Part shown: positions 11,963-26,692 of the stretch, one piece after another
Position numbering within the stretch: the first letter of the stretch is position 1
Layout of the letters: each line of letters opens with the position of its first letter
Source: the human T2T-CHM13v2.0 reference genome, Homo sapiens
NCBI RefSeq assembly: GCF_009914755.1
Contig: NC_060926.1
DNA length: 64,000 nucleotides
Strand: one strand, 5' to 3'
Translations under genes and position numbers: made by a program
The notes under the pieces: generated by a model
What the model was told of the DNA's origin: nothing
Database searches by the model: none
The model's input: only the letters and a program-made list of their open reading frames with translations

Positions 11963-13754
11963 AAATAAAACCCCTTTTTCCTCTGTCTGCTTTTAAGATT
12001 TTCTTTTTGTCCTTGATTATCAGCAGTTTTACCATAATGTACCTAGGTGTGGATTTCATTTTATTCATCTTATTTGGAATTCATAGGGCTTCTTATCTAA
12101 GTTTGATAGCTTCATCAGTTTGGGAAGTTCTTAGCCATTATCTCTTTAATTATTTATTTTGGCCCATTGATTCTCTTTCCTCTTCTTCTGAGACTTCAAT
12201 TTTATGCATGCTAGAATTTTTAGCTGTCTTTCTATCTTTTACTTTCTCTTGTGAAATTTTACATTTTTGTCTTTTGAAAGCTTCTTTCTGAATATTTTAT
12301 TCTAATGTGTCTTCCAGTCAACTAGTTTCTTCTTCAGCTTTATGTCATCTCTTGTTAAACCCATCCACTGAGTTCTTAATTTGGGGTATCACGATTTTTT
12401 GATTCTAGAATTTCCACTTGGTTATTTTTTATTGTTTCTAGGCCTCTGCCAAATTCTCAACCTTATCTTTTTGCCTTTTGGAGATTGTAAGCATAGTTAT
12501 CTTAAAGTTTGGGTCTACTGACTCTTTTACGTGGAGCGCATAGGTGTCTATTTCTCCTATCTGTTGTTTCTGCTGACAACATTTCATTAATCTCCTTGTA
12601 GCTAGTTATTTCGAATTATGTGATCAACATTGTATTTGAAAAACAGTAATATGCAAAAACATTTGAGACCTAGGGTGATATTATTTTTCTCCAGAGAGCA
12701 TGTCCAATTCTGCCAAGTACTTGGGGGCATTAGCAATTCAAGATTATCTTTACATAATTTCACAAGTTCAGGGGATTTTAAAGTATACTGCAATCCCTTT
12801 AGGGACATGTATACTTTCAAGACCTCATTTCTTCTAGTGTATGCTTTCAGTATTCCAACCCAAATGATAGAGATTCACTGTACTCGAGTTTTCCCCATTG
12901 GACCCTCACTTCATTGCCTCACCTGAGCTCCAGAAGACTGTCAAGAGCATAGTTTGCCTCTCTTCCACCACCTCCAAAACCAGGGAAGGCCACCAGGGGA
13001 AAAGTGATCCTAAACACCACATTTACTTCCTTTGATTTCTATCTTTTCTGGAGCAGGGTGCTGTAATTCTTTACTCAGTTGTTAGATCCTTAATGCCCTT
13101 ATATCCTAATTATTTGAAAACTTCTTTTAGATGAACTAAATAAATGCATATATTGCATTTATATGCACATTTATCCAAATAAAGTTTTATTTGGATTTGA
13201 GTAACTTGCTCTTCCACTGACTTTCACAGGATGCCTGCAAACTATCCTGTGAATGGGCTAAGAGCACAAGATTTAGAGTGAGCAAATCTGGTTCTAATCC
13301 TTGTTATGCTCCTAGAAGCAGTGCAATTTTAGGCAGCTTACTTAAACTTTCTAATTACCACTTCCCTGACTGGTAAAGGGAGCTGATGGTTATAGCTCCA
13401 TTGTTGATAAATCAATGAAATAAAATTGCAAAGTTATATTACAGTGTCAGCATCTAGTGTAAGCACTCATCAAATAGCATCTATTCTTATTTGATATGAG
13501 CCATTTAAATGTAACATTTACCAAGGATAAGTATTTTAGATTGAAAATGGTTATAATGATGGGATTTTTTTTTTCTGGTCGTTGTATTTCAGGAAGGAAC
13601 TCTTAGGTCATCATTTTTGGCCCCTGGGAATACCTGCTTCATAACTTTCCTATGCCCAAATCTTAGCACTGTTTATGCTGTAGAACTCAGCCCTTTGGAA
13701 TACTTCCTTGCATTCTTGGATCAATAACAAATTCCAACTAAGGAAAATTCTGAC

Positions 13755-14041
13755 TTTTTTTTTTTTTTTGAGACAGAGTCTTGCTCTGTCGCCCAGGCTA
13801 GGGTGCAGTGATCCCAGCTCACTGCAGCCTCTGCCTCCTAGGTTCAAGCCAATCTCCTACCTCCCGAGTAGCTGGGATTACAGGCGTGCGCCACCACACC
13901 CAGCTAATTTTTGTATTTTTAGCAGAGACGGGGTTTCACCATGTTGGCCATGCTGGTCATGAACCCCCTGACCTCAGGTGATCCGCACACCTCGGCCCCC
14001 CGAAGTGCTGGGATTACAGACGTGAGCCACCACACCTAGCC
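13755..14041 (-). mobile_element. AluS
   Basis: Poly-T followed by antisense Alu body. Confidence 0.92.
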
Positions 14042-14529
14042 CTAATTCTGGATTTGTATACACATAGTCTTAATGCATACCTTCATGCAGAGATGTGTGA
14101 GACCCCTGCTTATGTGTCTCAGTTTCTACAATTGCTCCAGTTGTCTTAATGCCTTTACTAGCTCCCTTTTTACCCACAGGTAAGGCCAAAAGTGCACTGG
14201 TAAAGTCCCTGTGATTACCCTCAGGGGCTTTGTTGTTACAGCCCTACTTTAAGCCACTTGTCCCTGTTTTACATGTCTAGAGATTATCCACTCTTCAGGA
14301 GACCATTCCTGCTAATTCCCACTGTTGGGCATTTGAAAGCATGCTCATTTAAACATCAGTAACTAGGAGTCTTCATTGGCCTCATGCTGCTTAATTCCTA
14401 ACCTGGTCTTGACCCCAGAGTCAAAGCCCTGTGAAAAGTCAATACAAGCAGCAAACAATGGTATGTTATTCTTGGCCGACTTTGCAAAACAATGAAAGAG
14501 TTCAACAATAGTTAATTATGGCTTAATAG

Positions 14530-14740
14530 TTGCTAACAAGTATTGAGTGTTAATAAAGTGGCAGGCAATGTGCACACATTCTCTCATTTGATTCACATAA
14601 CAACCAAATGAGGTAGGCACTGTCATTATCCCCATTTTACAGGGAAGAAAGTGTGGTTTACAGGGGACAAACTATTTAATCTGAGGCCTCAAGCCAGCAA
14701 CAGTGTTGCATGTCAGCCATTCCCGGAGTCTGTGTGCTCC
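14530..14740 (-). mobile_element. MIR
   Basis: MIR core: atgaggtaggcactgtcattatccccattttacag. Confidence 0.7.
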
Positions 14741-15607
14741 CCCACATAGAATACTTGCCTGAGAAACACAGACCTTCAGTGCATTATGGAGGAAGCCATT
14801 GTGAAGTTTTTGAAGGAATGTCTAACAGTGAATAAGTCTGTAGTTATTAACAGAATCGCTCTGTTAGAATGGAGTAGATTACGCTTCTAAAGACTATCCT
14901 GATGGGGATAGAGCCTGAGGACCAAATTAAAGCAAACAGGTTAGCAACATCAAAACCAACTCATCACAATAGGGGGAGAAAAGACTGGCAGCAAAGGGAT
15001 ATCATCTAGTCACATTAGTGATGATGTTTAATACATAGTCCATACGAGAAGTATTATCAGGTCTTGAGAAGTAGCTTCTTAGAGAGGCTTACGATTGACA
15101 AAATGGAAGGCGACACACCTGCCAGTGTATGCCTGTGAAAAATCAGCCTTCTAGGCCCAGCTAGAATATGTATTTCCACAGGATCTCTGACTGGACACAT
15201 TCAGCATGAAACCGTGGTCACAGAATTTACCCCCATTAAGGATTCTAACAGCTCAGTCTGAGGCTTCCCACAGAAATCATTGCATTTGAGTATCTTTTAT
15301 GGAGGCAAATTAAAATAAGAAAAAAAATTGGTAAGTTACTTAGTGGTCTGGTTGCCTTGCCTTCTTAGGAAAGGTTTTCTTTTTTATTTTGCTTCTGCAC
15401 CCCCAACCCCCACCCTCTGCCTTGTGAATACTTATCCAACCAAAAGCCTGTAGCCAAAAGGCTGAGATCCACATTTACCCAAACAGTTTTGGTTATTACA
15501 TATCTGAGGAAGGGAAGAAATTCTCCCCTTAACTTTTTGAGGCAATTAAAATGTAGCTTCAGAAAATTATTATGAGATTGAAGAGTCCCTTCACTCCACC
15601 TTAGCCA

Positions 15608-15878
15608 TTTTTTTTTAAGAGATTGGGCCTAGCTCCATCACCCAGGCTGGAGTGCAGTGATGTGATCATAGCTCACTGTAGCCTTGAACTCTTGGGCTCA
15701 AGCGATCCTCCATGCCTCCATGCCACCATAACTGGCTAATATTTCCTTTAAATTTTGTTAGAGATGGGAGTCTCCCTATGTTGCTCAGGCTGGTCTCAAA
15801 CTTCTGGCCTCAAGCGATCCTCCTGCCTCAGTCTCCATGAGTAGCTGGGATTATAGGCATGAGTCACCATGCCTGGCC
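15608..15878 (-). mobile_element. AluJ
   Basis: Antisense Alu with J-type gggctcaagcgatcctcc. Confidence 0.88.
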
Positions 15879-15996
15879 ACCTTTGCCTTTTATCCTAGTC
15901 TCACCAAAGTCTAAGTAAGGATAGAAATAGATTCAGGGACTGTGAATGTCAAGGTTTAGGTGTGAAGGTGAAAAGGTCCGAAATATTTATTACAAA

Positions 15997-16317
15997 TGAT
16001 AGGGACAGGAGGCAGAGAAATTCTGGGAGGGCAGGTCCCTGGTGAGGGCCCCACTCTCAAGCTGAAAAGCCTGATACCACAGCCCAAAGTGAGAACTGAC
16101 AGCCCTGTTTTCCTGCTTGAATGTTGCCTTTTCCAAAACCACCCATGGTCCACCCTGCCCACCATCCAGTGCCCATAGAAACCTCAGGCTCAACCAGCAG
16201 AGAGAGGAGAAGCAGCTGGGCTTCGGAGAATATAGTTGAACATCGGAGAGAAGTGGTTTGACTTCAGAGGGACAGCTTGATAGTGTAGCTTTGGAGAGGA
16301 GTCCGGCCAGGGATGGG
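15997..16317 (+). mobile_element. MER50-like ERV1 LTR, 3'-truncated
   Basis: Starts TGATAGGGACAGGAGGCAG...GGCCCCACTCTCAAGC, matching my recollection of the MER50 5' end. Confidence 0.65.
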
Positions 16318-16720
16318 AATATCCTGCTTCACAAAGATGGTGGCAATGAAGGAGCAGTGGTTATATAGGCTAAAGCAGTGGCTTCTCACAGTGAAGATAT
16401 GGAAGTGAAATTCTCAATAAACTAGCTCTGTACACTGCCAGGCAGTAATACCTGGCACACGAAGTGCTCAATGAATGCTTGCTAGGTAAATAAATTGATT
16501 TTGACAGTGTCTGAGCTGGCCAAGCTTTTCAGCTGAATCTTAAAGGATGAGCTTGGCAAGTGGAGAGGGGATGGGTTCAAATCAAAGCATATGCAAAGGC
16601 ACCTGGGGTGAGGAAGACCTTCAAGTTCTTGTCCAGGCAGTTAGGTGGGCAGTGGTACCATTGATAAAAAAAGATGGCAGATGGAGGAGGAGGTGTCAGT
16701 CAAATTAATAACAAGCATAT

Positions 16721-17032
<312 letters not shown>

Positions 17033-18639
17033 AATAACAAGCATATGCTATTTTGCCACAAGTTGGGGAAATTAATGTTTAAGAGACTGGTACATCATGA
17101 CAAGTGTTACTGTCTAAAGTTGCCCTTCTCCATATTGACACAACTTACATCATTCTACAGTCTTTTTTATTGGTGCATTCTTTGACTTTCCTAGAGCCCA
17201 TCTTTTAATTTTGTCATTTAGCACAATGGGATATTATTTACTAAAGATTGAGATGATCATGAGAGAACCATCCAAAATCAGAAACTTTATTTCAAATTTA
17301 TTTATTATCACCTTCCTGTAATAGCTAGGCTGTCACTTTATTTAATTTCTTGCTAAAACCTATGTGTTATTGTGTCAACATTTTGTAGATGCAGAAACAA
17401 AAGCATTAAAATAAAGCATCACTCAAGGATGTGCAGGGCAAATTAAGAGATGGTCGCAGCAGAGAGGCAGAGAGTGAAGACTATAATAATAAGGTTGCCC
17501 AACCCAAAGTTGTAAAAACTGAACATATGAGACCCTGAATTGGAAAATGACATGCCTGAGAGTCATGGCCCAGGTGCGTGCAATTGAGAACAAGTATGTC
17601 TCTAGAGAAGAGAGGAAAGCAAAATGGCTGTTTGATAAATGAAGTCAATGTTTCTCAAAATGTGAGTTTTCTAAAATGAGCATTTCCCAAAATGTACATT
17701 TTTCAAATTTTAAATCTTTAGAGATTCACAATGCATACTGGCAATGAGAGACTCTGAGAATACCGGCAACAAAGAAAACTATTTAACTTCATTTAACCCA
17801 ATGTGGATCAAACTAATTTGACCTTGGAATGCATTTTTCATGGAACATCTATTACCACCTCCCAGGAAAGTGTGGGAAACACTGAGTTAAAAAACGAATG
17901 TTTAATTTGGTAGATGATCAATAAATGCTTATTTTTGAATTTTTATGAGTAATTTTCTAATGAAATCTGTATCTGTTGTCAACAGTTGTTCAAAAATGGA
18001 TGTAAAAAAGTGAAGTAGCCATGACCTTCAGAATGAGAAGAAAACCTTAGAAGTAGGAGGAATATGGCTTTACTAACATCCACTAAAATAATGCAAAAAT
18101 GTCTACCATTTGGCTTGGCCAACCCAGGGATAAATTATTCCCTCAATTTTTGTAGCATGTAGTTCCTCTGAAACTGCTAATTCTGCTTAGATGCCTTCTG
18201 ACTGTAAGCGAAGTTTAATTATTTCATTTTCTTTAATAGCAGAGGGTTGGTAAATTGTTTAAGAGGAACAAACAATGTCTTGTTACATAGGTGGAAGGAT
18301 GCAGAGTCCTGGTGTGCTCCTGGTGACATGACTGTCAAGGCATATGAAAGTCGATATTAACAAAAAATAGAGCTAATGATTCATATAACACCATTTTTCA
18401 CTTTACATTGAAATGTGTTGGGTTTGTAGAATGAGAATATATGTGATTATTGGGCATACTCCAGTTCAAATTTTGGCTTCATTACTTGTAGCTCTGTAAT
18501 CATAAGTCTCTGTGCTTCCGTTTTGTATTTGTAAAACGGCATCGATAGTGTTGAATAGTGTAGAATAAAGGCCTCCTCATTTTGACTCTTAGAAATCTCC
18601 AGGAGAGCATAGCTCATCATCATCCTACCCTGAAGCAAA

Positions 18640-20370
18640 ATATCCTAGCAGACATGCCCCACCCCATCCCACTCACAGTTCTAAAGGAGAGAGGTCAGAG
18701 CCAAAACATAGACCTGCTAACAGTAAGCACGTGAAACACAGTCACTTAATCCCACTCCCTTAGATAGAAATGCAAAGCCAAGGAACCACCAGGCACATAA
18801 AGAGAATGGCAGCATGAAAGAAGAAGAAACAAGAATGCCTTCCCCCCTGAAAAAAATGACAACCGAGGAACAGAAGACAACATTAAAAGTGCTCTAATTA
18901 ATATGCCAGGGGGATTTGGGAGAAAATATTACACTCTTAAAAGCAGAACACAATGCTAAGAAAAAGAAACAAAGAATAAAAGAGAGTGTTCACAGGTTTA
19001 AAACAGGGACTAATTACATTTTAAAAATTTAAAATATTTGGAAAATAAGCCCAAGAACTCTCTTTCCTCTCTCAGAATGTAGGGAGAGAAAGACAAAGGA
19101 ATCGAAAACTATGAGAGAGATCCTTGAAGATGCGTCTAGGAGATTTAACATACAAGGCTGGAGTTGAAAAAAATTATCAAAGAAATACTTGAAGAAAAAA
19201 TTTCCAAAGCTGAAGGACAAAATTCTTCAGACTTAAAAGGGTTTCCTGAGTGCACAGAACAATTAGTGAAAAGAAAGCTTGCCTAGGCACAGCTTTGATG
19301 TGTCAGAGTACCAAGGATAAAAACAAACATCTAAAGGCTTTTATACCCAGCCAGATATCAATCAAGTGTGAAGGCAGAATAATGGTATTTTCAGAAAGAA
19401 AGATCTCAGAAAGTTTATTTTTTATACATCCTTTTTTAAAGGGTATTATAGACATATTCCAGAAAAACAAGACTGAGATAGGAAGTTGTGGGCTCCAGCA
19501 AATTGTGGTTCCAATCCAGACCCCTGATAGCAGTTAGAAGAAATTTACAACATGGCAATTGCATTGCTGACATAGAGGGCAGCCAGTACAGGTGGAGCAG
19601 AAGGGGGGAGATGGGGGGGTGTATCAGGTCTTCAGGAAAAGGGACTTAAAAAAATGACTTGGGGAAAATTAATCAAGGGCAACTAATGCAAGAAAACAAC
19701 ATCAGCTGGAAACTCTGAAAATCAGGTGGATGAATGTATAATAAACCTGAATGTATAATAAGGTCATAATTCATATATGAAGCAAACTAAAATGTGGCAA
19801 AATTAGAGCATAAAGACAGAGAGAAATTCCACTGAATCATGATTCTGGGAACCTTGATCAGCCCAGGGGTCATGACCTTAAGACATATTAAAAAGAACAC
19901 ATTCCTAATACATGACTTCATCAGTCAATGACAGAATCATAGCAACTTGGTTGCAATTTCAACACAAAAACAAAAGGTAAACATGTATCTGGAAATGGGA
20001 CATGAATGGTGGGGATAGAACGTGGAGAAGAGGAGAGGGCCATCAATAACTTTATCTTTTAAAGTGGGAAATAAAGAGACATATTGTTGAAAGTTGATAA
20101 AATGAGAAATGGAGATTTAGCATAACACCTTACATTACAACAATAAACACAAGAAGAACAGAGATAAAAATGCAAATGTCAGACCCTGGCAATGTCCAAG
20201 ATTCTGGGAGGAGAGGGGTGGTATTATGGAGCTATATCCTCAATTTTCATATTATGGAGTCTGTAAATATCATCTATTATTGACAGATTAAAAAAAAATA
20301 GAGGTATAAGCATGTTGTCTATGTGAAGGCAAGACCAGAAGAATAGAGAATGGAAAAATGGAAACAAGCT
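18640..20370 (+). mobile_element. Old L1M/HAL1-like ORF1 remnant
   Basis: A-rich degraded L1 ORF1-like motifs (aatttccaaagctgaagg, atacccagccagatatcaatcaagtgtgaaggcagaataa). Approximate. Confidence 0.6.
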
Positions 20371-22734
20371 CGCAGAGTGGGGCCCATGCCTGTCTCATTT
20401 GTTCAACGTTGTATCCCTAGAGCCTAGAATGGTTGGGTGCCGGGAATACCTGCTTAATGAATGCATGAAAAGAAGTTCAACCTGGGCAATGGTACTGGAG
20501 GTGAAGAGAAGGGCCAGGGGCTGTTGCTTTCCAACACTGAGTAGTTGCAGATGGAGGTATTATTTTGGTTAAAAAAAAAATCTGTAATTGTGAAAACTAT
20601 GGAAGAATGAGGCATGCTGTAAAGGGGGTGGTCACCTTGGGGAGGGGAATGTAGGAAGAACTCTGGAGGAGGAGCCAGCCAAGGAAGGAGAGGAGGTGTT
20701 CCCAGCTGAGGAAATAGTGTGGAGACTCCAAGTGGAAGGAAGACAGATCCAGCTGGCTGGAGCACAGCAGGGGGTGGGTGACAGGCTCCGCGTGAGCCTG
20801 GGGAGGTAGGCAGGGGCCAGGTTTACACAGGCATGGTAGGCCACATTCAGGATGCTGATGAACTGCTCAAGAAATGCTCTGTGCACACACTTGGGACCAG
20901 GGTGCCATGGCATTCTGTTCTTAACTGATCAGGAATGGCCTGGACCTTTGGATTTGATGTATGGGATCTAATTACTTTGAGCAACCAAAAAAAGAGAAGA
21001 AAATGCTACCTATTAGATAACTGAATAAATAGAGCGTGGCCAACTTCTCACACCCATCCTGTGCTTATTGCATGAGGCGAATGAGATGTGCTGGGAATGC
21101 CGGGGAAATGGCTGGATTTTCTCCTCACCAAGGTGTTGCTACTTGTCAGGAAGTTGTGACACTGGTTTAGCACGGAGGCAGAGAAACACGATCAGGACAA
21201 TTTAGGCATTGATCAGTGGCAAAGCATGTTCTGTTCGAGAAGCCAGAGGAGTGTTTACTGGGCTCTCAGGAGCATGAGGCCGGGCCAGCTGCCAAGGATA
21301 ATTGTAAAGATATGGGCTCTATTCTGAAGAAGTGCCCATTCTTAGAAGACAGAAATAGATGTGGATGCACACAGATCCAGATTCTCACAGAGCACAAATG
21401 CTGCACGGGGATTAGGCTTGGTGCTCTGGGAAGCTGAATTAACTCTTCCAACCCACTAGGGTCCTTGTTAGTGCATCGAAGCAGTAATTTACTCAATGAC
21501 AAGAGTTCACGTCGCTTTCTAAGGCACTTAACTTACTCCCAGGATGTTGGTTGCACACCAGGGGAATCTGGCTCACTAATCTTTAATACTTGTCATAATT
21601 ATTTTTCTTTCAATAATACTATTTCCCCCTTGAGAAACTCAAAATTATTACATAAGAAATGTAGAAATATAAGTGTGTGATATTTTTTAATAAAATGTAG
21701 TCAGTGGCCCCAGGGAATTTTTGTAGCAAAAGCCTCTCAAATCAATTATGTTTTCTCATTTCTGTTTCCAATAATTGAATATTTTATTTCTATATTTATT
21801 TAAGTTCTTTCAAAATGAAAAGGTGGAGTTGTGTTGACACACTGGGAAAGGAGGGTATTATTAATTAAACTTGTTTAAAGTCTAAGATGGAAACAGTGCT
21901 GATGCATATACATTTGCTTCAATGAGCTGTTGGCTGCTCTGTGAGGTTACAGAAATATTATTGGCAGTTCCGGGTGGTGGCACCATTATATGCATCATTC
22001 CATCCTCTCTGGGAGGTCCCTGGTGGTGGCCCTCCAAGAGGCATCATTCCATCATCTCTAGGAGGTAACTCTGCAATCACAGTTCATCCAGTCAGAGAAA
22101 AAATGACCGAGGCTCCCCTAGGTGTTTAGTGTCCATGACTCAGCGGTTTAGAAAATCCAGGATTACGGACTGCATTTGTCTCATTTTAATCTGGATGTTC
22201 AGTCCTGCTCCCTCCCTCTGTCACTTCAACTGGCCCTCACTGTCATGTGCCTCCATTGTCTCATCTGATTCTAACATTCCTGCTGTGATGTGGGTGGGGG
22301 TGAAGGTCATTCCCCTTTCATAGGTAAGGAACACAAGGTTCAGAAAGGTTGAGGACATTTGCCCAGGGTCACAAGGCTGCTTGGTGTCGGAGTCAGAACT
22401 AGCCTGGGGTGGGGAAATGGGGTCTTCTGGTTCCTTGCGGTCACTTCCTGTGGAGTCCCTGACCTCCGGTCCTGTTTTGCCTGACCTCTCAGCTTCAACT
22501 GCTCTTCCATGCCACTGCTGCACAAATGCTCTGAATGTTTGAATAAACAACCCCTGAGAAGAGTAGCCCAAGGAAGTCCCTGCCCAGAGACTGATGAGTT
22601 GTTACCCAGAGGCCTGGAGAGCTCCCAGGATGGCAGACACTGCCTGCAGGAGTTGGCATTCATCAGAAAACAGTTCTTCACGGAGTAGGTAGATCTTCAA
22701 CCCTGTCTGGCTAGCTCCCTTTCTAAGCTGGAGG

Positions 22735-23288
22735 TGTCAGAGGCGTGTGAACCAGAGCAACTCCATCTTGAATAGGAGCTGGGTAAATGAGGCTGAAATC
22801 TACTGGGCTGCATTCCCAGACATTTAAGGCATTCTAATTCACAGGATGAGATGGGAGGTCAGCACAAGATACAGGTCCTAAAGACGTTGCTGATAAAACA
22901 GATTGCAGTAAAGAAGCCGGCTAAATCCCACCAAAACCAAGATGGCCATGAGAGTGACCTCTGATCGTCCTCACTGCTACACTCCCACCAGCACCATGAC
23001 AGTTTACAAATGCCATGGCAACATCAGGAAGTTACTCTATATCATCTAAAAATGGGAGGCACGAATAATCCACCCCTTGTTTAGCGTATCATCCAGAAAT
23101 AGCCATAAAAATGGGCAACCAGCAGCCCTCGGGGCTGCTCTGTCTATGGAGTAGCCATTCTTTTATTCCTTCACGTTTTTAATAAACTTGTTTTCACTTG
23201 ACTCTGTGAACTCGCCCTGAATTCTTTCTTGCGTGAGATCCAAGACCCCCTCTCTTGGAGTCTGGATCGGGACCACTTTCCTGTAACA
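22735..23288 (+). mobile_element. MER41A solo LTR (ERV1), complete
   Basis: 554 bp from TGTCAGAGGCGTGTGAACCAGAGCAACTCCATCTTG to TGTAACA, with TG..CA ends, internal AATAAA and a 4-bp TSD GAGG (22731-22734, 23289-23292). Confidence 0.92.
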
Positions 23289-24318
23289 GAGGCTCCTTTA
23301 AAACAGGTATGGATAATACCACCCCTAGTTCTCTCTCTTTCCTCTAGCCCAGCCTCATGGGGAAACCTCTCCAGAGGCCTCTGATTTTTTCTGTGGTTGG
23401 TTAAGGAAGACCAGAGTGACCTACTCAAGGAAGTTAATTTCAGAGGTCAAGCAATGACTTTCCCAGAGTCTGCCTCTTCAAACTCATGCCACTGGAGATT
23501 AATAAACGTTGGTTATTGTTATTTGGCCCCAAGGAGGCTTTGAATGCGGAGAATTGCGACCTGCATGCCTAGGTCAACCCCATAGCCTTAGATCGAGCCA
23601 CTGTGACACCAGAAGGTGAAATGGGACACAAGGGTAGAAATTACAAAGAGGCTGCCTTCAGTTTGAAATAAAGGACTTTCAAGTAATTAGAACTCTTTCA
23701 AAAAGGAATGGCCCTGTCAAAAGGTTTCGTTGCCAGAAGTAGTTAAAGAGTTGTTGACTACATGTCTAAGTGTGCTGGGAAGGGAGAGGATGGTTAGAAT
23801 AGATGACCTCTAAGGTCTCAGCACGGAGATATTTAATTTGTATATCCTTCCTGTGGACACATTTCTGTGTCCTGGAGTACAGAGGGAGGGAGTGGGGTCA
23901 GAGGTCAGGGCCAATGGTCAGGGGGCTCCAGAGCATCTGCCTCTGGACACAACACAGGCCCACAGCTCATAGGCCTGGCTACCTTCTCAGTTCCCCTGGT
24001 TTCATCAACATTGTCACCATTGACTGGGTTAGCAGCAGCAACCGCTTAACGTAACTAAAATATCTATTCTGATGAGATTCTGGAACAAAAATCCCAAATG
24101 ACTTTTCCCCTCGAATCATAGGAAACTGCAGCAGAGATATCACTGTATCACTTGAATGTGTACCTGCTTGCCAGTTACTCCGGATTGATGCTTCCCGATG
24201 TAAACAATGGCTGATCGTAAGGTCTAAATCATATGTGTGAAACTTTCTGCAAAACAAAAGCGATTGGGTATTTAGGCAAAAACATCAGTTTAGTAGTTTC
24301 CCTGGCAAATGTCCTATA

Positions 24319-24323
<5 letters not shown>

Positions 24324-24365
<42 letters not shown>
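24324..24365. repeat. (TG)n microsatellite
   Basis: About 20 uninterrupted TG units. Confidence 0.97.
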
Positions 24366-24370
<5 letters not shown>

Positions 24371-24644
24371 CATATTCATGTATAAAACAGTTTGCTTTAC
24401 AAGCAAGTAATGGTCAGGTCATTCTGCTGGGCAATTTACTCTCTAGGAACCCAAAGGGGCCTGTGTTACATGCATGCTTTTTTACAGGTTACTCAGAGCC
24501 ATTTAGAAAATTACTATTGTGCTTCACAAAATGCCCCACCAGCCTGAGGAATTAACCCTCTTCCCAATACGTCTAATTCACTTGTTCTTCAGGTAATCGG
24601 CACATTAAAGCTGATGCAGATCCAGTGTCTATATAATAAAAACA

Positions 24645-24920
24645 GCTAATTTTTACTGAGCGCTTAGCATGTTCCCGGAACTCTAAATGAATTGTATACA
24701 GCTTCAATAAATCCTCACAACAACCCAGATGAGAGTTCCATTATTGTCCCCATTTTAACTGAAGAGTAAATTGAGACTCAGAGAGAAAAGTAATTTGCTC
24801 ATGGTCACATAGCTTCTAGTGCCTGGCATGTATGAGGCCTGCAATGAGTGATGATTAATATTATTTTATAGTGGGAGGCACAATTGGGATTTCAGTCCAG
24901 GTCTAACACTCAATGAAGCC
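24645..24920 (-). mobile_element. MIR
   Basis: aatcctcacaacaacc...attattgtccccatttt...ttgagactcagagag. Confidence 0.7.
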
Positions 24921-26372
24921 TTTACACGTGGCCTCTATGTAGTCCTGCCTCATAGAATTCATATTGTGCATGAAAAGGAGGCATGCCATGGCCAAGTGCT
25001 GCCAGCGGGAATCCCTGTCCTAAGGGAGGCATATTGTGTATGTCACACTTTCAGTAGCTCTCTGTCAGTTGACAGCGTGTGGCACGTAAAGCAGAATGAT
25101 TGAGATAGGAGTCTCCAAACTCAGGTAGGGTGCGTGAAGTTTCCAGAAGTTCATGAATACATTCAGTGTTAGTGCAAACTATGGCTAGGTTCATAGCTTG
25201 CAGATGTCATCCTTCCTAAAACTGATGTGCCCGAGAATGCTCTGCAGGCAAGGCTCCATGCCAGCTCCACGTTTCTGCACCCCAGGTTTCTGCCAGACCA
25301 GATACTCACCTCATCTGGGCCTGTCCTCTGCGCAAAAGTAAGAGACACCCGCTCTGAAGAGTGCACCCCATGGGCACAGGGCTCGATGAGATGCCAATGC
25401 ATTTGTGAGAATTAGAAAACAGGTTTCCCTTTCTCTGAGCAAGAGAAGTGTGGGCTGGATTTTAGTCTCCATCCACGGGCTCAGCCGTGTGCCCACAGGC
25501 ACATCACTGCCTGCCCAAATCTTATAGCAGTGCGTTGCCTAAGTAATAAAAGCCCCTGGGCACCAAAGGGGCAGTTTCAAATACTGATTTCCAGGAAGCT
25601 TCGGAGTATGGAGTTTCCTGTAGTTCTTTTAGGAGGTTTGTGAGCAAAATCACTGGCTGCAGTGTGGGTTGATGAGATCACTGGGCTGCCATCGCAGGTC
25701 CCTGGGGCATGAGCTACCTCCAGGACAGCCCCACAGAGACAGCCCCACAGAGACAGAGACACTAGCAGTACCACAGGCTTCTCAGCTGAGATGACAGAGG
25801 GCACCTGCTAGGCCAGAAGGTTAACCACTCACTCTTCATTTCCAGACAAAGATAGTCAAGCATCTCTTAAAGTACAAAAATATAACTGCAGGCCAGACAA
25901 CAATAAAGATTGAATAATAGACTCATAAAATTAATGGTCAGAAACTCCATAGCAATATTTTCAGCTCCACGTTTCTCTAGCCCCAGATTATAAACACCAT
26001 ACTTAAAACAACAAAAAAGATGCACTCAACTTTCCAGCCACTGCTTAAGAACGGGGCAGCTTACTAATCCTGGGAAACTTACACCTGGGGACAAAGTTTA
26101 TTATTGGTTTAACCAAACTGAGAAAGTGCTGGTTTAGTCTCTCTATGGTACTTTCTCATCCCTTAAGCTACTTGAATGAGTATGATTTTCAGGTTAGTAT
26201 TAATGATATGATGTGAGTGCAGTTTTCGTGGGAGAGGCTGCCTTTTAATATAGGTTTCTCAAGAATTAAAGAACTTCTGCAGCACCCTCTCCATTATATA
26301 TATGAGTCAAATGTTGATATAAAGCAGTGTTGCCACCAAAGACTACCACACACCCCAGGGATCTAGGGATGA

Positions 26373-26692
<320 letters not shown>

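Larger units (their letters stand above)
10060..13100 (-). mobile_element. Old L1M (5' region, ORF1 and ORF2 start), degraded
   Basis: T-rich antisense L1-like sequence (ttttaagattttctttttgtccttg, tttgggaagttcttagccattatctct). Interrupted by an Alu and a 212-bp insertion. Approximate. Confidence 0.7.
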
